Shown here: positions 48,936 through 62,909 of the stretch, one piece after another
How positions within the stretch are numbered: position 1 is the first letter of the stretch
Layout: every line of letters begins with the position of its first letter
Assembly (NCBI GenBank): GCA_964016885.1
Contig: OZ024740.1
Location: 301,568,001 to 301,632,000, forward strand
Origin: Eledone cirrhosa
Taxonomy: Eukaryota
Length of the DNA: 64,000 nucleotides
Reading direction: 5' to 3'
Translations under genes and position numbers: made by a program
The notes under the pieces: model-generated
Told to the model about the DNA's origin: nothing
Seen by the model: the letters and a program-made list of their open reading frames with translations, nothing else
The model's database searches: none

Positions 48936-51063
48936 CTATCCGTTAGGGTATAACGTGGGGCTGTAATACAGGAAAGTTTTGTGCAATGTATGTTTACAAG
49001 CCGAAATTGCCTCAGATTTTTTGTTTAAGATGTGATCTGTAGCGTAGAGTATTTCCAGGGCCTCAGCGGCGCAGAGGTCACATGGTCTTTTATTTCCGTT
49101 ATACGATCTAGCCCTAGCTAGGATCTCCCAGTGTAACTTATATTGGGTGTGGTTGTCTTTTAGACTCCAGATATAAGCTGAAAGTGACGTCATATTCCTT
49201 CTTAGAGGGTAACGAAAAGAATGGGTATGCATGTAAAGACGCTGCTTGAAACTATTGGCGGTTAACCCTATATAGGCCCTACGGGACGTGGGTGTTACAA
49301 CCTTACATTTGTAGACAATGTTACTAGAGAGGCATTTCCCGGATAGGGAGCAATCAGCCCGATTCCTACAATTACAGTTAGTACTAACTACAGGGTTGCA
49401 CGTGTTACTACGGCTAGGTAGTTTAGCTAAATTTGAAGCTGTGATGTTATGTGCAAGGTTAGGAGTCGTAGAGTAAGAAATGTTAATAGTATTTCTATTA
49501 AAAATGTTACTATATTTATGTGTAGGGGGAAAATGCTTCGTAATAAGGGAAAGAAAGATCTTAGCTAATGGTGTGGCCACCTCTATATTATATGGTGGGT
49601 TAAACCAACAAATGCGACGGGATCTATTACTTCTAGGTCTATTTTCGTACTCTGTATATGCTACCTTATCGACAAATCCACTTCGAGCAAGAGCTTCATT
49701 GTAATAAGTGGAATGGTCGTTGAAAATGCGCTCGTTGGTGGAAAGACGGGAAAGCCTCAACGAAACGTTTCTTACCAGGTTCTTGGTTATGCTGGCAGGA
49801 TGGTTGGAATGCTTACTTATGTAATTAAGCGTATCATTCGGCTTTCTATACGGGTAATACAACCCATTCAATAAATTGAGGGTAACGTCGAGGTAATTAA
49901 CGACCGAGAGATTGGCCTCAACCTGTATAGAGAGGTTGAAGCCTTTAAAGAAGGCTGTGAGTTTTTTCTGAACCTGTCGCAAGCACGAGGTCCGCACTTA
50001 GTCATGGTCAAAAGACCATCGTCACGGTACAAACCACCGCCCGCGTTGGTGAATTCCTCCTTGATAGAGAAAAGAAGGAAAAGGCCAATAAGATCAGTAA
50101 CCTCCGCAGAGTCACTGGCGCCCATACTCATGTCGAATGGGGTACTATTGGATTTTTTAATCGAAATAGAATCGTCGAAATTAATCACCGACTTTCGGGC
50201 ATTAAGGATGACATCAACTTCAAAATCCTTAACCACTGTGAGTGTTTTAGCGAAATTGATAGCTCTAAGGAGAAGTGGTAAAGTGATGGAGGAGTAGTCA
50301 TTGTTGATGTCGAATTGGATAAAACGGCAATGTTCCTTGTTACATAAGCCGTTGAACCAATCAATCACCGCGAAAGAATTGTTCCACAGTGCGAGAGGGG
50401 CCAAACTTCTAATTTCAGGTATAATTCTATCAAGAATCGTTTTACTAAGTCTACCTAAATCGAACTTCGTAGGGTTAATAAGCCGAATAGAGGGGTTGTT
50501 CGGAAAATTGGATTTGTGATCCTTCAGGGTAAAGTGGGGAGAGATAGGGTCCAGAGGTTCGGTCCGGTCCAGGATGTTGAGATCAGATGTGATTTTAAAC
50601 CCAGCATCGTTGATTTCATTGATGACACACCGATTAGTTTTACGGTAATCCTTAGTTACAGCATTATGTAGTAGTTGATGGTAAGTACTGCGCTCCACTT
50701 GATATAGGTTGCCAGTTTTGTCGGAATGGACGTGCATGGCGTTAGAATCCTTAATAGAACGAATTCTATTCTTCAAGTCTTGCTGGAAGGAATTGCTCCT
50801 ATTCCGAAATTTGATATTCCGAGTGAGTTCCAAGACATCATTTTCGAAGGGTAGCAATGCTGGGTTTCACGGAGGGTTATTATAAGTTTTAAATCCAAAT
50901 TTATCATGTTGTTGTCTGCTTTTCGCGGATTATCGAAATAAAAGGCACGCCAACGCAACCTTTTAATGAACGCGTCTGTTTTCTGTATCAGAAGTTTTAG
51001 GTATGTATTCCTGCTTGGTACGGGTATGTTCTTTGTAGAAATATTCAGATGTTGTTTCTGCAT
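48936..51063 (-). pseudogene. Frameshifted PLE RT plus C-terminal GIY-YIG ORF
   Basis: Three overlapping ORF pieces in RT-EN order, with the catalytic YRDD retained. Confidence 0.88.
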
Positions 51064-51092
51064 GATGAATATAAGTCAGTAGAGTGCTCATT

Positions 51093-51099
51093 ATATATA

Positions 51100-51197
<98 letters not shown>

Positions 51198-51218
51198 TAT
51201 ATGTATTATATATATATA

Positions 51219-51299
<81 letters not shown>

Positions 51300-51395
51300 A
51301 TATTATATATATTATATATATTTATATATATATTATATATATATATATATATTATATATATATATTATATATATTATATATATTATATATATATA

Positions 51396-51434
<39 letters not shown>

Positions 51435-51679
51435 ATATATATATAATATATAAATATATTATATATATATATATATATTATATATATATATATATTATAT
51501 ATATTATATATATTATATATATTATATATATTATATATATATATATATAATATATATATATATATAATATATAAATATATTATATATATAAATATATTTT
51601 ATATATATTATATATATATATATATATTATATATATATATTATATATATATATATATATATTTATGTATATATAATATA

Positions 51680-51726
<47 letters not shown>

Positions 51727-51760
51727 ATATTATATATATATATATTATATATATATATAT

Positions 51761-51794
<34 letters not shown>

Positions 51795-51888
51795 ATATTA
51801 TATATATATATATAATATATAAATATATTATATATATATATATATATTATATATATTATATATATATCTATATAATATATAAAAATAT

Positions 51889-51922
<34 letters not shown>

Positions 51923-52130
51923 ATTATATATATTATATATATATATTATATATAAATATATTATATATATATATATATATATTATATATATTATATATAT
52001 ATCTATATAATATATAAATATATTATATATATATATATATATTATATATATATATTATATATATTATATATATATATTATATATATATATATTATATATA
52101 TATATATTATATATATATATATATATTATA
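51093..52130. repeat. ~1-kb almost pure A/T (TA)n-derived tract
   Basis: Direct reading. Confidence 0.95.
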
Positions 52131-52133
52131 AAG

Positions 52134-52328
52134 ATTTTAATATAGATGAGATTCTACAGGACTAGAACTGTTTCATTCTTCAGAAATCATCATGGATTCC
52201 TGATGATTTCTGAAGAATGAAACAGTTGTAGTCCTGTAGAATCTCATCTATATTAAAATATTTATACTCTGCTATATATTGAGTACCTTACTTACTGTGG
52301 TTACCTCCGATTCAACCCGGAATAACGT
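52134..52328. mobile_element. Palindromic pLTR-type insert (59-bp arms plus ~68-nt tail) with an HHR-like motif
   Basis: 52134-52192 is inverted relative to 52201-52259. Plus strand reads CTGATGA-T-TTC-tgaa-GAA-T-GAAA-CAGTT-GTA. Confidence 0.75.
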
Positions 52329-52433
52329 ATATATATATTATATATATATACATTATATATATTATATATATATACATTATATATATTATATATATATATA
52401 CATTATATATATATATATTATATATATATACAT

Positions 52434-52469
<36 letters not shown>

Positions 52470-52477
52470 ATATATAC

Positions 52478-52537
<60 letters not shown>

Positions 52538-53384
52538 ACATTATATATATATAAATCGTTTTTCAAGGGGGGTTATGCAAATTTGAAGTTCAACTTATTT
52601 TTCCCCTCTTGTTCACAACTTTCCACTTCAAATGTTACAGAACGTTATGAACTATTGTGTATAATAAACTATTATGTATAATGAACTATTATGTATAATA
52701 ATTGATTATTATTATGTTCATCTGCATGCTGATTTATCAAATAGCTTTATTGAATAAGGAATTTGTTTTGGTTGATTCAAGGGAATATTTAATATCAATA
52801 CACATTCTTAGGTGCAGCTGACGTATATTTCTTTATACATTGATATACGACTGTGATGTAATTATAATGGTGTCACTATTTACTTTGTAAATGCATAGCA
52901 ATACTTCATATGTGTCATTTTCTTTATTTACATTTGTTTTTGTCTGAAGACACATATCATATTTCTCTTCTTGAGTTATGTTGTGAAATATTACATTAGT
53001 TATTATTATTAACGTATCCATTGGTGGGCATGTTATTCTGTTAGGTATTGTCTAGTGGCGGGCATGTTATTCTGTTAGGTTTTATTTAGTGGCACGTATT
53101 ATTTTAATGTTTTACTCATGGTTTCTACTATCAAAAATAATAATAACAATGGAATTTTTATTATTTCAAGGTATACAGTTATAAATATAATTCTTATTTT
53201 CTGAAATATATTTAAACCATTAACATAAACTATTTAAAACTCATTGTCAGCAACTTGATAAGCGGTGAAAATATGATGCGTTTTCACTTTCTCCGTAATA
53301 TAGCTGTGGTTTAGCATTTCAAATATATGTTTGTAGAATAAGTAATTGTACTGAAATTAAATTACTCAAAACATGTTATGCTTA

Positions 53385-53567
53385 TAATAATTATTTCTAG
53401 TTTGGGCACAAGGCCACCAATTACCCCAGTGCATTACTGATGCTCTATTTTTTCAACCCCATAAATATGAGAGGCAAAGTTAACCTCGGTGGGATTTGAG
53501 CTCAGACTGTATGGGACGTAACTCTATGCTGGACAGCATGTCGTGCGACCTTTACCGATACTGCCAA
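53385..53567 (-). mobile_element. Meta-like SINE
   Basis: Reverse complement of the 39036 family. Confidence 0.8.
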
Positions 53568-55267
53568 TCAACCCTTATAATAACGAGTGAACATAATGCG
53601 AAGATTATGGAAATATTCATGTTTTGTTTTGAAATAATTTCTTCTTATATTTATACTTATTACCCAGACGATGATACAATATTACGGTTCAATATCTGAT
53701 TGTATTTTAGGTCAAATTCAATATAAAACCTTCTCTGTTTTAACGAAGACTAATAAAAGCTTACATTGTTACTAGAGGCTCAGAAGGCATCTTTAAATTC
53801 TGCGAAGCAGATGTTTCATTTTACAGAATTTATTAAATATAAAATAATATATTTTAATTGTTTTACCTAAGTTGTTCTGCAAACACGTTTGTGCCAACAC
53901 AAAGATTATTTGCATTGTCTTTAAATAGATAATACAATGTTTTAAACATTTCATAAACAGTTTATAACAGCTTATTACTATGTGCCGACCTAGATTTGAC
54001 CTGGTCAAACCTATCATTATACGTGTAAATTTTCGATACTTAGTAAAATATGTTCATATTGACATCTCACAAATGGATATTGATAACGTGACCTTTATAT
54101 CACTGATGCATCTATTATTTTTTATTTCATTTCATGGCGTTGCTTCGAGGAGATGAATTGATAGATACATCTATTAGAGCACATGTACAGAGCACCATTA
54201 CATTTTAATATGGATCTACCTTAAATGCTTTTTATTTGTTAATTATTATGTGTATTAATTTGGCAACATATAGCTAACTAGTTCCATAACAATTAAATAT
54301 AAAACATTACATATTTTATTCATTTCTTCCTTATCTTTAATAACAGAATTAAAAGATGCTGTGTTTAAATAATTTCAAACATTATATTGAGTTCATTAAT
54401 GAAATGGAAAGTAATTTGCATGACATATACATAATTGGTAGATATAGGTGCGTGTATAGTGATATCAATGATACTAATTTAGTGAAGGACATGATGTGTT
54501 TCGGGTTGATTCAGCCTGAAAAAATGGAGATTGTTTCGTATGCAGTGTTATCCAGCGCACAACTTGTGCTGACAAATCTGGATGCGCTGTATGAATTTTA
54601 GTTACAGACATTTCATTGAGTTGCCTAACTGGAGGTTTTGCGGCTGAACACGCTGTTAAAATATTGGGTGGTTATATACGTTCCCGTTCGAGTCAACTTT
54701 AGCAGCATAATCGATTACCGACTAATATACTGTTAATAATGTTACGGCTAGCATAGTAAGGTAATAAAGATTGATTATGTAATTAAAATCCCAGCATAAC
54801 TGATGAGATCAATCGATATTTAAATAATTAATTCTGCTTAATTGATGTAGGGGAGACAAATTCGAAAATTTTACTTATTTTAGTTAATGAAGAACGAAAT
54901 CCAGCAAGGAGTGCATTTGATACTTAAAGGAATCATAAAACATGGGGTATGTTAGACCCCACTATAGATGTCTAATTGCAATATTTCAAAGATACATGAC
55001 ATGAGAGAGTTTCCTTAACAGAATGTGCTGTAAATACATCGAGTAATATATGTTACAGCTAACTAGTAATTACTTTAATTAACGGAAATTTCTTATCTCT
55101 ATGCAAGTCAGAAACTAATTTAATTTTAACTTTACAGAGAAGGAATTCCGTTATTATTATTGTTATTTGTATTAATGTTGTCATTATTAATTTTATTTCA
55201 CACTTCGTTTGAATTCTGCTTCTTTTCTAAGCCCAACTTAGTGTCAACTTGACACACTATTATTATG

Positions 55268-55380
55268 GCTTTGCCTTTCATCTTTATGGGGTCGATAAAA
55301 TAAAGTACCAGTAATGTACTAGGAAATTTCTGGCCTTGTGCCAATAGTAGAAACAATTATTATTATTATTATTATTATTA
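55268..55380 (+). mobile_element. 5'-truncated Meta-like SINE with (ATT)n tail
   Basis: CTTTGCCTTTCATCTTTATGGGGTCGATAAAATAAAGTACCAG...AGAAACA(ATT)n. Confidence 0.8.
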
Positions 55381-57070
55381 TTTGCATTTATCTTGCTTTA
55401 TGTTCATACGAGTTATCACCAAGTCACAACCAGTGACCTCAAGAGACAACAAGGTCCGCCATGTTCAAGAAAGAACATACATATTCACACATGCATCTTT
55501 AGTGTTTAGACTTGTGATGTACTTATATTGACAGAATCTTCCTTAGTATATGGGCAGTTCCCATTAGTACTATCTTTTGTATTTCTCCTATACGCGGGTT
55601 TCCTGGGATTTGCGATATGTAATCATTAGACCCCTTAGGTATCATTCCCAGAGCGCCTACAACCACTGGTATTGTTTTAGTTCTCAATGTCCACATTTTT
55701 CCAATTTCTATCTCCAGGTCCTTATACTTGCTCAATTTTTCAAATGTTTTTATAGATACATTCTTGTCTATTGGAACAGACATATCAATTAGCAGGCATA
55801 CCCTCTTTTGAAAGTCTTTCAATATTATATCAGGTCTGTTTGCATCTATTTTTCGGTCTGTTTGGATGCTAAAGTTCTACAAGATTGAGATGTGATCTTT
55901 TTCAAGTATGGGAGGTGGTTGATGCTCCCACCAATTCTTTTGATGGGGCAGGTCAAAATGCTTACACATTATCCAATGTATGTATTGTGCAGCTCTGTCA
56001 TGCCTGTTTAGGTATTCGGTTGGAGCTATAAGACTGCACATTGAAATTATATGGTCAATGGTCTCTGGTTGTTTTTTGCATACACGGCATAATGGGTTGC
56101 ACCCATTTTTTATTACATTGGCTTGGTAATTTTTTGTTGGCAGACACTGATCTTGTGCCGATATAATCAGTCCTTCAGTCTCCGATTTCAGTCCAGGGGA
56201 TGCCAACCACCGATGGATTAAAGTTTTGTCAACATCAGGATTGTTAGCTCGCTCTGGGTATTTTCCATACAGAGGCTTTTCTTGCCATTTCTTAGCCAGT
56301 TTCTGTAGCAGTTCTTTCTTTGCAGTTACTTTTACCTGCTTTGCTTTTTCTGTGTTTTCCATTTCAGCAGTAAATGGGACTTCTGAAATTTGTAGTCCAT
56401 TACTGTATCTTTGTGCATCTTTTGTAATGGAATATGATCTTTTGGTGCTTTCGTGTTTCAAAACGAGTTTGATCATCCAATCATGTGATTCCCTTAGATA
56501 TGTAGATAATCCAATTGTTGCAGTTTTCAACGCAATGTCTAACTGGATTAACCCACGTCCTCATTCTTTCCTAGGGAGATATATTCTATCTATATCTGCC
56601 TTAGGGTGATGCATTCTGTGCATGGTTAAGAATTTTCGAATTTTTGTATCGAGCCTACGGATCTCTGTGCTTGACCAGTTGATGACATTGTAACTGTAAG
56701 TTACTACTGGTATGGCAAGCGTGTTTATGGCATCGATCCTATTCCTTGCATTCAATTCCGTTCTTAAGATTGCTCTTACTCTGCGGTAACATTCCTTCCT
56801 TATCCTTTCCCTCATTGTCGAGTGCTTGATTTCGCCTCCTTCACAAACACCTAGATATTTGTAAGTTTTTTCTTGATCAAGTTCTCTTATCACGTTCCTC
56901 CGATCAAGATTAATGTCTGAACTCTTCAGCAGCTTTCCTCTGGTGAAAGTTGCTTTGGCGCATTTACCTAGTCCAAACTCCATTTTAATGTCATCACTGA
57001 ACTGCTTCACAGTGGATAATAGCCCTTGCAATTGTTCATCATTTTTTGCAAATAGTTTCAGGTCATCCAT

Positions 57071-57072
<2 letters not shown>
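55381..57072 (-). mobile_element. R4/Dong-type non-LTR retrotransposon, 5'-truncated copy A
   Basis: YMDDLKLFAK, YKYLG, CRVC...ETIDHIISMC (CCHC), RHD, RPD..LIDMSVP...EKLSKYKDL (restriction-like endonuclease). The 3' end runs into (TAA)n, and internal stops are present. Confidence 0.92.
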
Positions 57073-57110
<38 letters not shown>

Positions 57111-57121
57111 TATTATTATTG

Positions 57122-57840
57122 TTCTTTGAGTATCAGTTATTGATGTTAGTTAACTGGAAAATTTGTTGAAATGATTATCAAGCCACTACCTGCAGCCTCA
57201 GATATTCAGGACGTATTGGAGTGTTCTTGCTGTTCTCAGCAAGCATGCCTTTTGAAGTTTTCCAAAAAGCGGGGCGGGCGAATTTTCTTTAACCATCCTT
57301 GGAAACTCTTTGAGAGAGTACCTAGTGTGCCTACGACAATCGGCACCACTTTGACTTCATGGCAGTTCCATATCCTTTTTACCTCCCACTTTAAGTCCTG
57401 GTATCGGTTAATTTTCTCCCTCTCCTTCTCTTGCACTCTCGTGTCGAATGGGCAGGCCAATCCACAATCAGGCACGATCTTTTTTCCTTCAACGAAACCA
57501 CCAAGTCAGGTCTATTGTGTCCCAGTTTCTTGTCCGTCTCCAACCTAAAATCCCACAGCATCTTCGCCTGATCGTTTTCTATCACCGACTCTGGCTTATG
57601 CTCATACCACTTCTCAGGATGTGGTAAATTGTTTACTTTGCATAGGTGCCAGTGTTTCACCCTGCCCATCACATCATGTCTCAAGCCCTATAGTTAGTCT
57701 GGGCTAGGTGTTTACACTCGGATACAATGTGAGCCACAGTCTCCTCTCTCTCTCCACAGATCCTGCACAGTGGGCTAGCCTCCTCCTTGTAAATATGGTG
57801 TTTCAACCACTTCGTTTTGAGGGCCTGCTCTTGCGCAACT
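57122..57840 (-). mobile_element. 3' fragment of a second R4/Dong-type family
   Basis: AQEQALKT...PLCRICGEREETVAHIVSEC, RHD, WDFRLETD...NRPDLV, EKINRYQDLKWEVKRIW..VVPIVVGTLG. Bounded by (TAA)n on both sides. Confidence 0.88.
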
Positions 57841-57862
57841 ATTAATTATTATTATTATTATT

Positions 57863-60800
57863 ACAGTTGCATTTATCTTGCTTTATGTTCATACGAGTTA
57901 TCACCAAGTCACAACCAGTGACCTCAAGAAACAACAAGGTCCGCCATGTTCAAGAAAGAACATACATACTCACACATGCATCTTTAGTGTTTAGACTTGT
58001 GATGTACTTATATTGACAGAATCTTCCTTAGTATATGGGCAGTTCCCATTAGTACTATCTTTTGTATTTCTCCTATACGTGGGTTTCCTGGGATTTGCGA
58101 TAAGTAATCATTAGACCCCTTAGGTATCATTACGAGAGCGCCTACAACCACTGGTATTGTTTTAGTTCTCAATTTCCACATTTTTCCAATTTCTATATCC
58201 AGGTCCTTATACTTGCTCAATTTTTCAAATGTTTTTATAGATACAGTCTTGTCTATTGGAACGGACATATCAATTAACAGGCATAATATCTTTTTAAAGT
58301 CCTTCAATATTATATCAGGTTTATTTGCATCTATTTTTCGGTCTGTTTGGATGCTAAGGTTCCACAAGATTGAGATATGATCTTTTTTAAGTATGGGAGG
58401 TGGTTGATACTCCCACCAATTCTTTTGATGGTGCAGGTCAAAATGCTTACACATTATCCAATGTATGTATCGTGCAGCTCTGTCATGCCTGTTTGGGTAT
58501 TCGATTGGAGCTATAGGACTGCACATTGAAATTATATGGTCGATGGTCTCTGGTTGTTTTTTGCATACACGGCATAATGGGCTGAATTCATTTTTTATTA
58601 TGTTGGCTTGGCAATTTTTTGTTGGCAGACCCTGCTCTTGTGCTGATATAATCAGTCCTTCAGTCTCCGATTTCATTCCAGAGGATGCCAACCACAGATG
58701 GGTTAAAGTTTTGTCAACATCAGGATTGTTAGCTCGTTATGGGTATTTTCCATACAGAGGCTTTTCTTGCCATTTCTTAGCCAGTTTCTGTAGCAGTTCT
58801 TTCTTTGCAGTTACTTTTACCTGCTTTGCTTTTTCTGTGTTTCCCATCTCAGCAGTAAATGGGACTTCTGAAATTTGTAGTCCATTACTGTATCTTTGTG
58901 CATCTTTTGTAATGGAATATGATCTTTTGATGCTTTCGTGTTTCAAAACAAGTTTGATCATCCACTCTTGTGATTCCCTTAGATATGTAGATAATCCAAT
59001 TGTTGCAGTTTTCAACGCAATGTCTAACTGGATTAACCCACGTCCTCCTTCTTTCCTAGGGAGATATATTCTATCTGTATCTGCCTTAGGGTGATGCATT
59101 CTGTGCATGGTTAAGAATTTTTTTAATTTTTGTATCGAGCCTACGGATCTCTGTGATTGACCAGTTGATGACATAGGTTACTACTGGTATGGCAAGCGTC
59201 TTTATGGCATCGATCCTATTCCTTGCATTCAAATTCGTTCTTAAGATTGCTCTTACACTGCGGTAACATTCCTTCCTTATCCTTCCCTCATTGTCGAGTG
59301 CTTGATTCCGTCTCCTTCACAAACACCTAGATATTTGTAAGTTTTTTCTTGATCAAGTTCTCTTATCACGTTCCCCCGATCAAGATTAATGTCTGAACTC
59401 TTCAGCAGCTTTCCTCTGGTGAACGTAGCTTTGGCGCATTTATCTAGTCCAAACTCCATTTTAATGTCATCACTGAACTGCTCCACAGTGGATAATAGCA
59501 TAATTGTTCATTATATTTTGCAAATAGTTTCAGGTCATCCATGTAGAACAAGTGATTAATGGTTTTGTCATAGACTTTATATCCATGTTTTGTTTCATTG
59601 AGCATGTTACTTAATGGTATAAGTGTGATGCAGAATGAAAGCGGTGATAAAGAGTCACCCTGAAAAATTTCACAATTAATATTAACTTCTCCAGCTTCCA
59701 GTGATTTTATTTCACTATTCAAAATGAATGTCGTTTTCCATGTCTTCATACTGAATGACAAAAACCTACTGACAACGGGGGATATTTTAAAAATCTCTAA
59801 ACATTTTTCAATTCAACTGTGTGGCAAACTATCGAATGCTTTTTTATAATCTATCCAAGCAATCGATAGATTTTTGTGTCTATTATGACAATCTTCTAGT
59901 ATCATTTTGTTAACCAAAACCTGATCGTTACAGCCATATGAGCCTCGTTTACACCCTTTCTGCTCAATGGGAAATAGGTCATTTGTTATCAGGTGGTCAT
60001 ATGTGCATTCAGTTAGGACTGATGTTAAAATTTTAGACATTGTGGTCAAGCAAGTTATCGGTCTGTAATTTTAGGGATTGTTTGTCTCATCATTCTTCGG
60101 AAGTAGGAATGTAATACCGTTAACTAGCCATGATGGTATCTTTTCTGGCTCCTTAACTATTTCATTGTAAAGTTGGGCTAACAGCTCATGAGACTCTGTG
60201 AAGGCATTTATCAAAAAATGTTGTATTTTGTCTTTTCCTGGGGATTTCCATTTGCTGGTTTTTCTAGAGCCAAACGCAACTGTTCAACTGTTATATTTTC
60301 CCATATTTGTTCCTCAAGGTGAGCTGTATCTTTCATTTGTCTGTCTATCCATGGGGCATGTATATTATGAACTTTTTCTACGGCCCAGACCTTTTCCCAG
60401 AATTTTTGCACTTCCTCCTTGGGTGGTATTGATTTAGCTGTTGTTATTGTTGACTTACCAATTTTTCTGTAGAAGTTTCTTTGGTTGTTTTTGAACATAT
60501 TATTGTCCTTATAGAATCTAGATCGTTTTTCAAAGCGCCTTATACGAGCAGCTTTGGCCGACACTTTTTGCTTGATTATTTCTATCAGCATGTCTATGTC
60601 ACTTGTTGATTTTATACTGTACTTTCTTTTCAATTTTCTAAGTTTAGTTTGTTTAACAAGATCACCTACTTTATAGTTTGCTAAAATTCCTATGTCATAT
60701 CGGAGAAGGTTTATTTGGCGATTGATGTTCTCTTGCCAAGTAGATTTCTTGTGGGAATTCCTTTGTTTTTTCATCTTCACTCCACATAAGTGAGTGGTGA

Positions 60801-61830
60801 CTTTAGCCGATGCATAATAGAGATGATTTAAATCAGTAATGTTTAGTTTGTTTGTGATGATAATTTTTGGGGGAATTATGTTAGTCTTTATGTTAGAATT
60901 ATGTTAGAATTATATTATCTTTTGGTTCTGTTTGGAGTTCTGGATCTTAGGGAGAGTGTCTCGTTCCCCCATGTCAGATTCTTTCATTTTCATCCACTCG
61001 ATCATAATTTCATCCATCAAGTTGGCAAGTTCATTCTCATTCATTTCTTTATCATTTACGATCTCATTGTTTTTATTTGGAGTTTCATCTTGACTATGCA
61101 CTCCCTCCACTTTTTCGATCCTTTCTTTAATTTGTTCTGTTGTCAGTGATTTCTCCCCAACCCTGGGATTCGAAGTGTTACAATTTACCTCGTTATAACT
61201 GACACATGTTGCATTTTCCCTTCGCTGACTTTGTGTTAATAGCTTGATCTGATCAATTTCTATATCAGTTAGTAACTTTTTTTTAACAATATTTCTTCGT
61301 ATATTGGCTAGTTTGTTACTGTCAATATAGCCTCTGTTTTCGGGATGTTTCTTTTTCCAGTTGATATATGTCTGTTCTTTATTCGATGTATTTGATGGGT
61401 AGTACATGGCAGTGTAGAAAGCCTCAATGACTTCTTTATTAACTTCCCTTGACCATTTTTCTCTCTTTTTCTTTGGATTTCTTGGTGGTGAGCTTGGAGG
61501 GCCAACAGTAGGAGTATTCCGGTTATGGGAGGTCTCCAGCTCCGAAGTGATGGGAAGGTTTGAACCATTAGCTGATTTTTCGACCCCAGTCTGGTTCCTC
61601 TCTGAGGGACGCGGCCCTTTTTGACCCGGGTGACAGCCGATCCGGTATGAGATTTTATTATTAGACATTTACTTTATTTTTTTGCTTTTTATCCTTATCC
61701 GCCAAGGGGTAATCATTTCGTGTTACCACTTCTAGGACGAGTGTCAACCAAGACTAGAAGGGTCGTCCTCCCCTAGAGACAGGGCTATTCCCCGCCGGCC
61801 GCCATCCCCGTAATTCTTGGTAACGGGGTT
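57863..61830 (-). mobile_element. R4/Dong-type non-LTR retrotransposon, near full-length copy B (decayed)
   Basis: ORF pieces from 61668 to 58008: WSREVNKEV N-terminus, EQKGC, WIDYKKAFDSLPH, QGDSLSPL, HLFYMDDLKL, CCHC and REL. It is closely similar to copy A, including the 3' UTR, and has a (TAA)n tail. Confidence 0.93.
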
Positions 61831-62664
61831 TTCTTTTTTGTTGTTAAATTGTTATTATCATGAGTGGTTCCTTAATGTGAGCATTGCGTGGCTTAAGAAT
61901 GAAATTATTAATAATATAATATACATTTTGCTGAAGTTGCCTGTTATTGTTGTTGGCTATGTCTGTCGTGGTGCTGGGGCTTTTTCTATTGTTGGTGGGG
62001 AAGGGGGGAGCCAGCAGTGCCATAGTCGTTGACGTTTGGCCGGTGGCCGGGTCACTAAGTCAATCTATTTATATCTTTTACTCGCCTCTCCCTTGTCTAG
62101 TGATACCGCCACCTTCTCCTTTCTTAAGTTAACAGAAGTAAATGGTGGAATAGTGGTGGTAGCAATGAAGGCGTGGTGGCGGCGGTGATGGGATAGTGGT
62201 AGCAATGATGGATGGAGTGGTGGCGGTGGTGACTATAGTGATGGCGTTGTCGTTACTGAGGTTTGTTGAATAGACTGTAGTTTTGTTTGATCTGTGTATC
62301 TATGCGTTTGTCGCGTATGTTTAACATATGTGTTGACATATTTTCTTAATATTGGAATTAAACATTTTGTTAAAACTTGAGACAATAATAATAGTATTTA
62401 TTATTTTTATGCTGGGATTGGTGGTGGTGGTGGTGAAATTTCCATTATCTGGCTGTTGTATTTAGTGTACACATGGGGGTGATGGTGTAGGTGGTGTATC
62501 TAGTTTCTGGTGTTGGTGAAATTGCTGTTATTTGGCTGTTCTATATAGTGTAGACAGAGGGGGTTTTCTTCCATCTATAACCATTTTCTTTTTTGAATAT
62601 AAAATGTATAATACAAAATTGAATATTTGAGCGATATAACAATATATTGTGCTCCAGTCGACAT

Positions 62665-62790
62665 TTTACAACTCTTCCTTTCACATTCTGCATTCTCTCA
62701 ACAGCTATTCCCAAGTCTATAAACTTTACAATTTTCTCGTGCTCTTTACCATTGAGACAATGGTCTATAGGACAACACATAGCTTACAGA
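62665..62790 (-). pseudogene. Small decayed R4-like REL endonuclease fragment
   Basis: CPIDHCLNGKEHEKIVKFIDLGIAVERMQNVKGRVV resembles the EK..KY.DL...RLW...VV motif of the neighbouring elements. Confidence 0.55.
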
Positions 62791-62909
62791 GTTTCTTCGC
62801 AGAAGCAACTGTCTAAAATTGATTCGGTTCACTCTACAATCGTGGCCAACCGAGCTCCGGGGTTTTATCTGACCATCATGCTTGGGGTATAAATTTATGT
62901 TTGCTGTCG

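Larger units (their letters stand above)
47850..51092 (-). mobile_element. Near full-length ~3.2-kb Penelope-like element, probably Hydra clade, inserted in (TA)n
   Basis: ORFs 50773-51063, 49868-50857 and 48936-49997 have two frameshifts. Motifs: DKTGNLY, TLKDHK, MGASDSAEV, GLYRDDGL, WFNPPY, NCNCRNRADCSLSGKCLSSNIVY...YIGLT...CDLC. A degenerate HHR lies at ~47970-48003. Confidence 0.88.

Noticed and set aside
53025-53092. Short ~34-bp tandem duplication (a similar one is at 39859-39906)
   Set aside because: Ordinary slippage duplications with no further structure.
54798-54830. CTGATGAG heptamer
   Set aside because: No stem II/GAAA partner is present, so it is a chance match.
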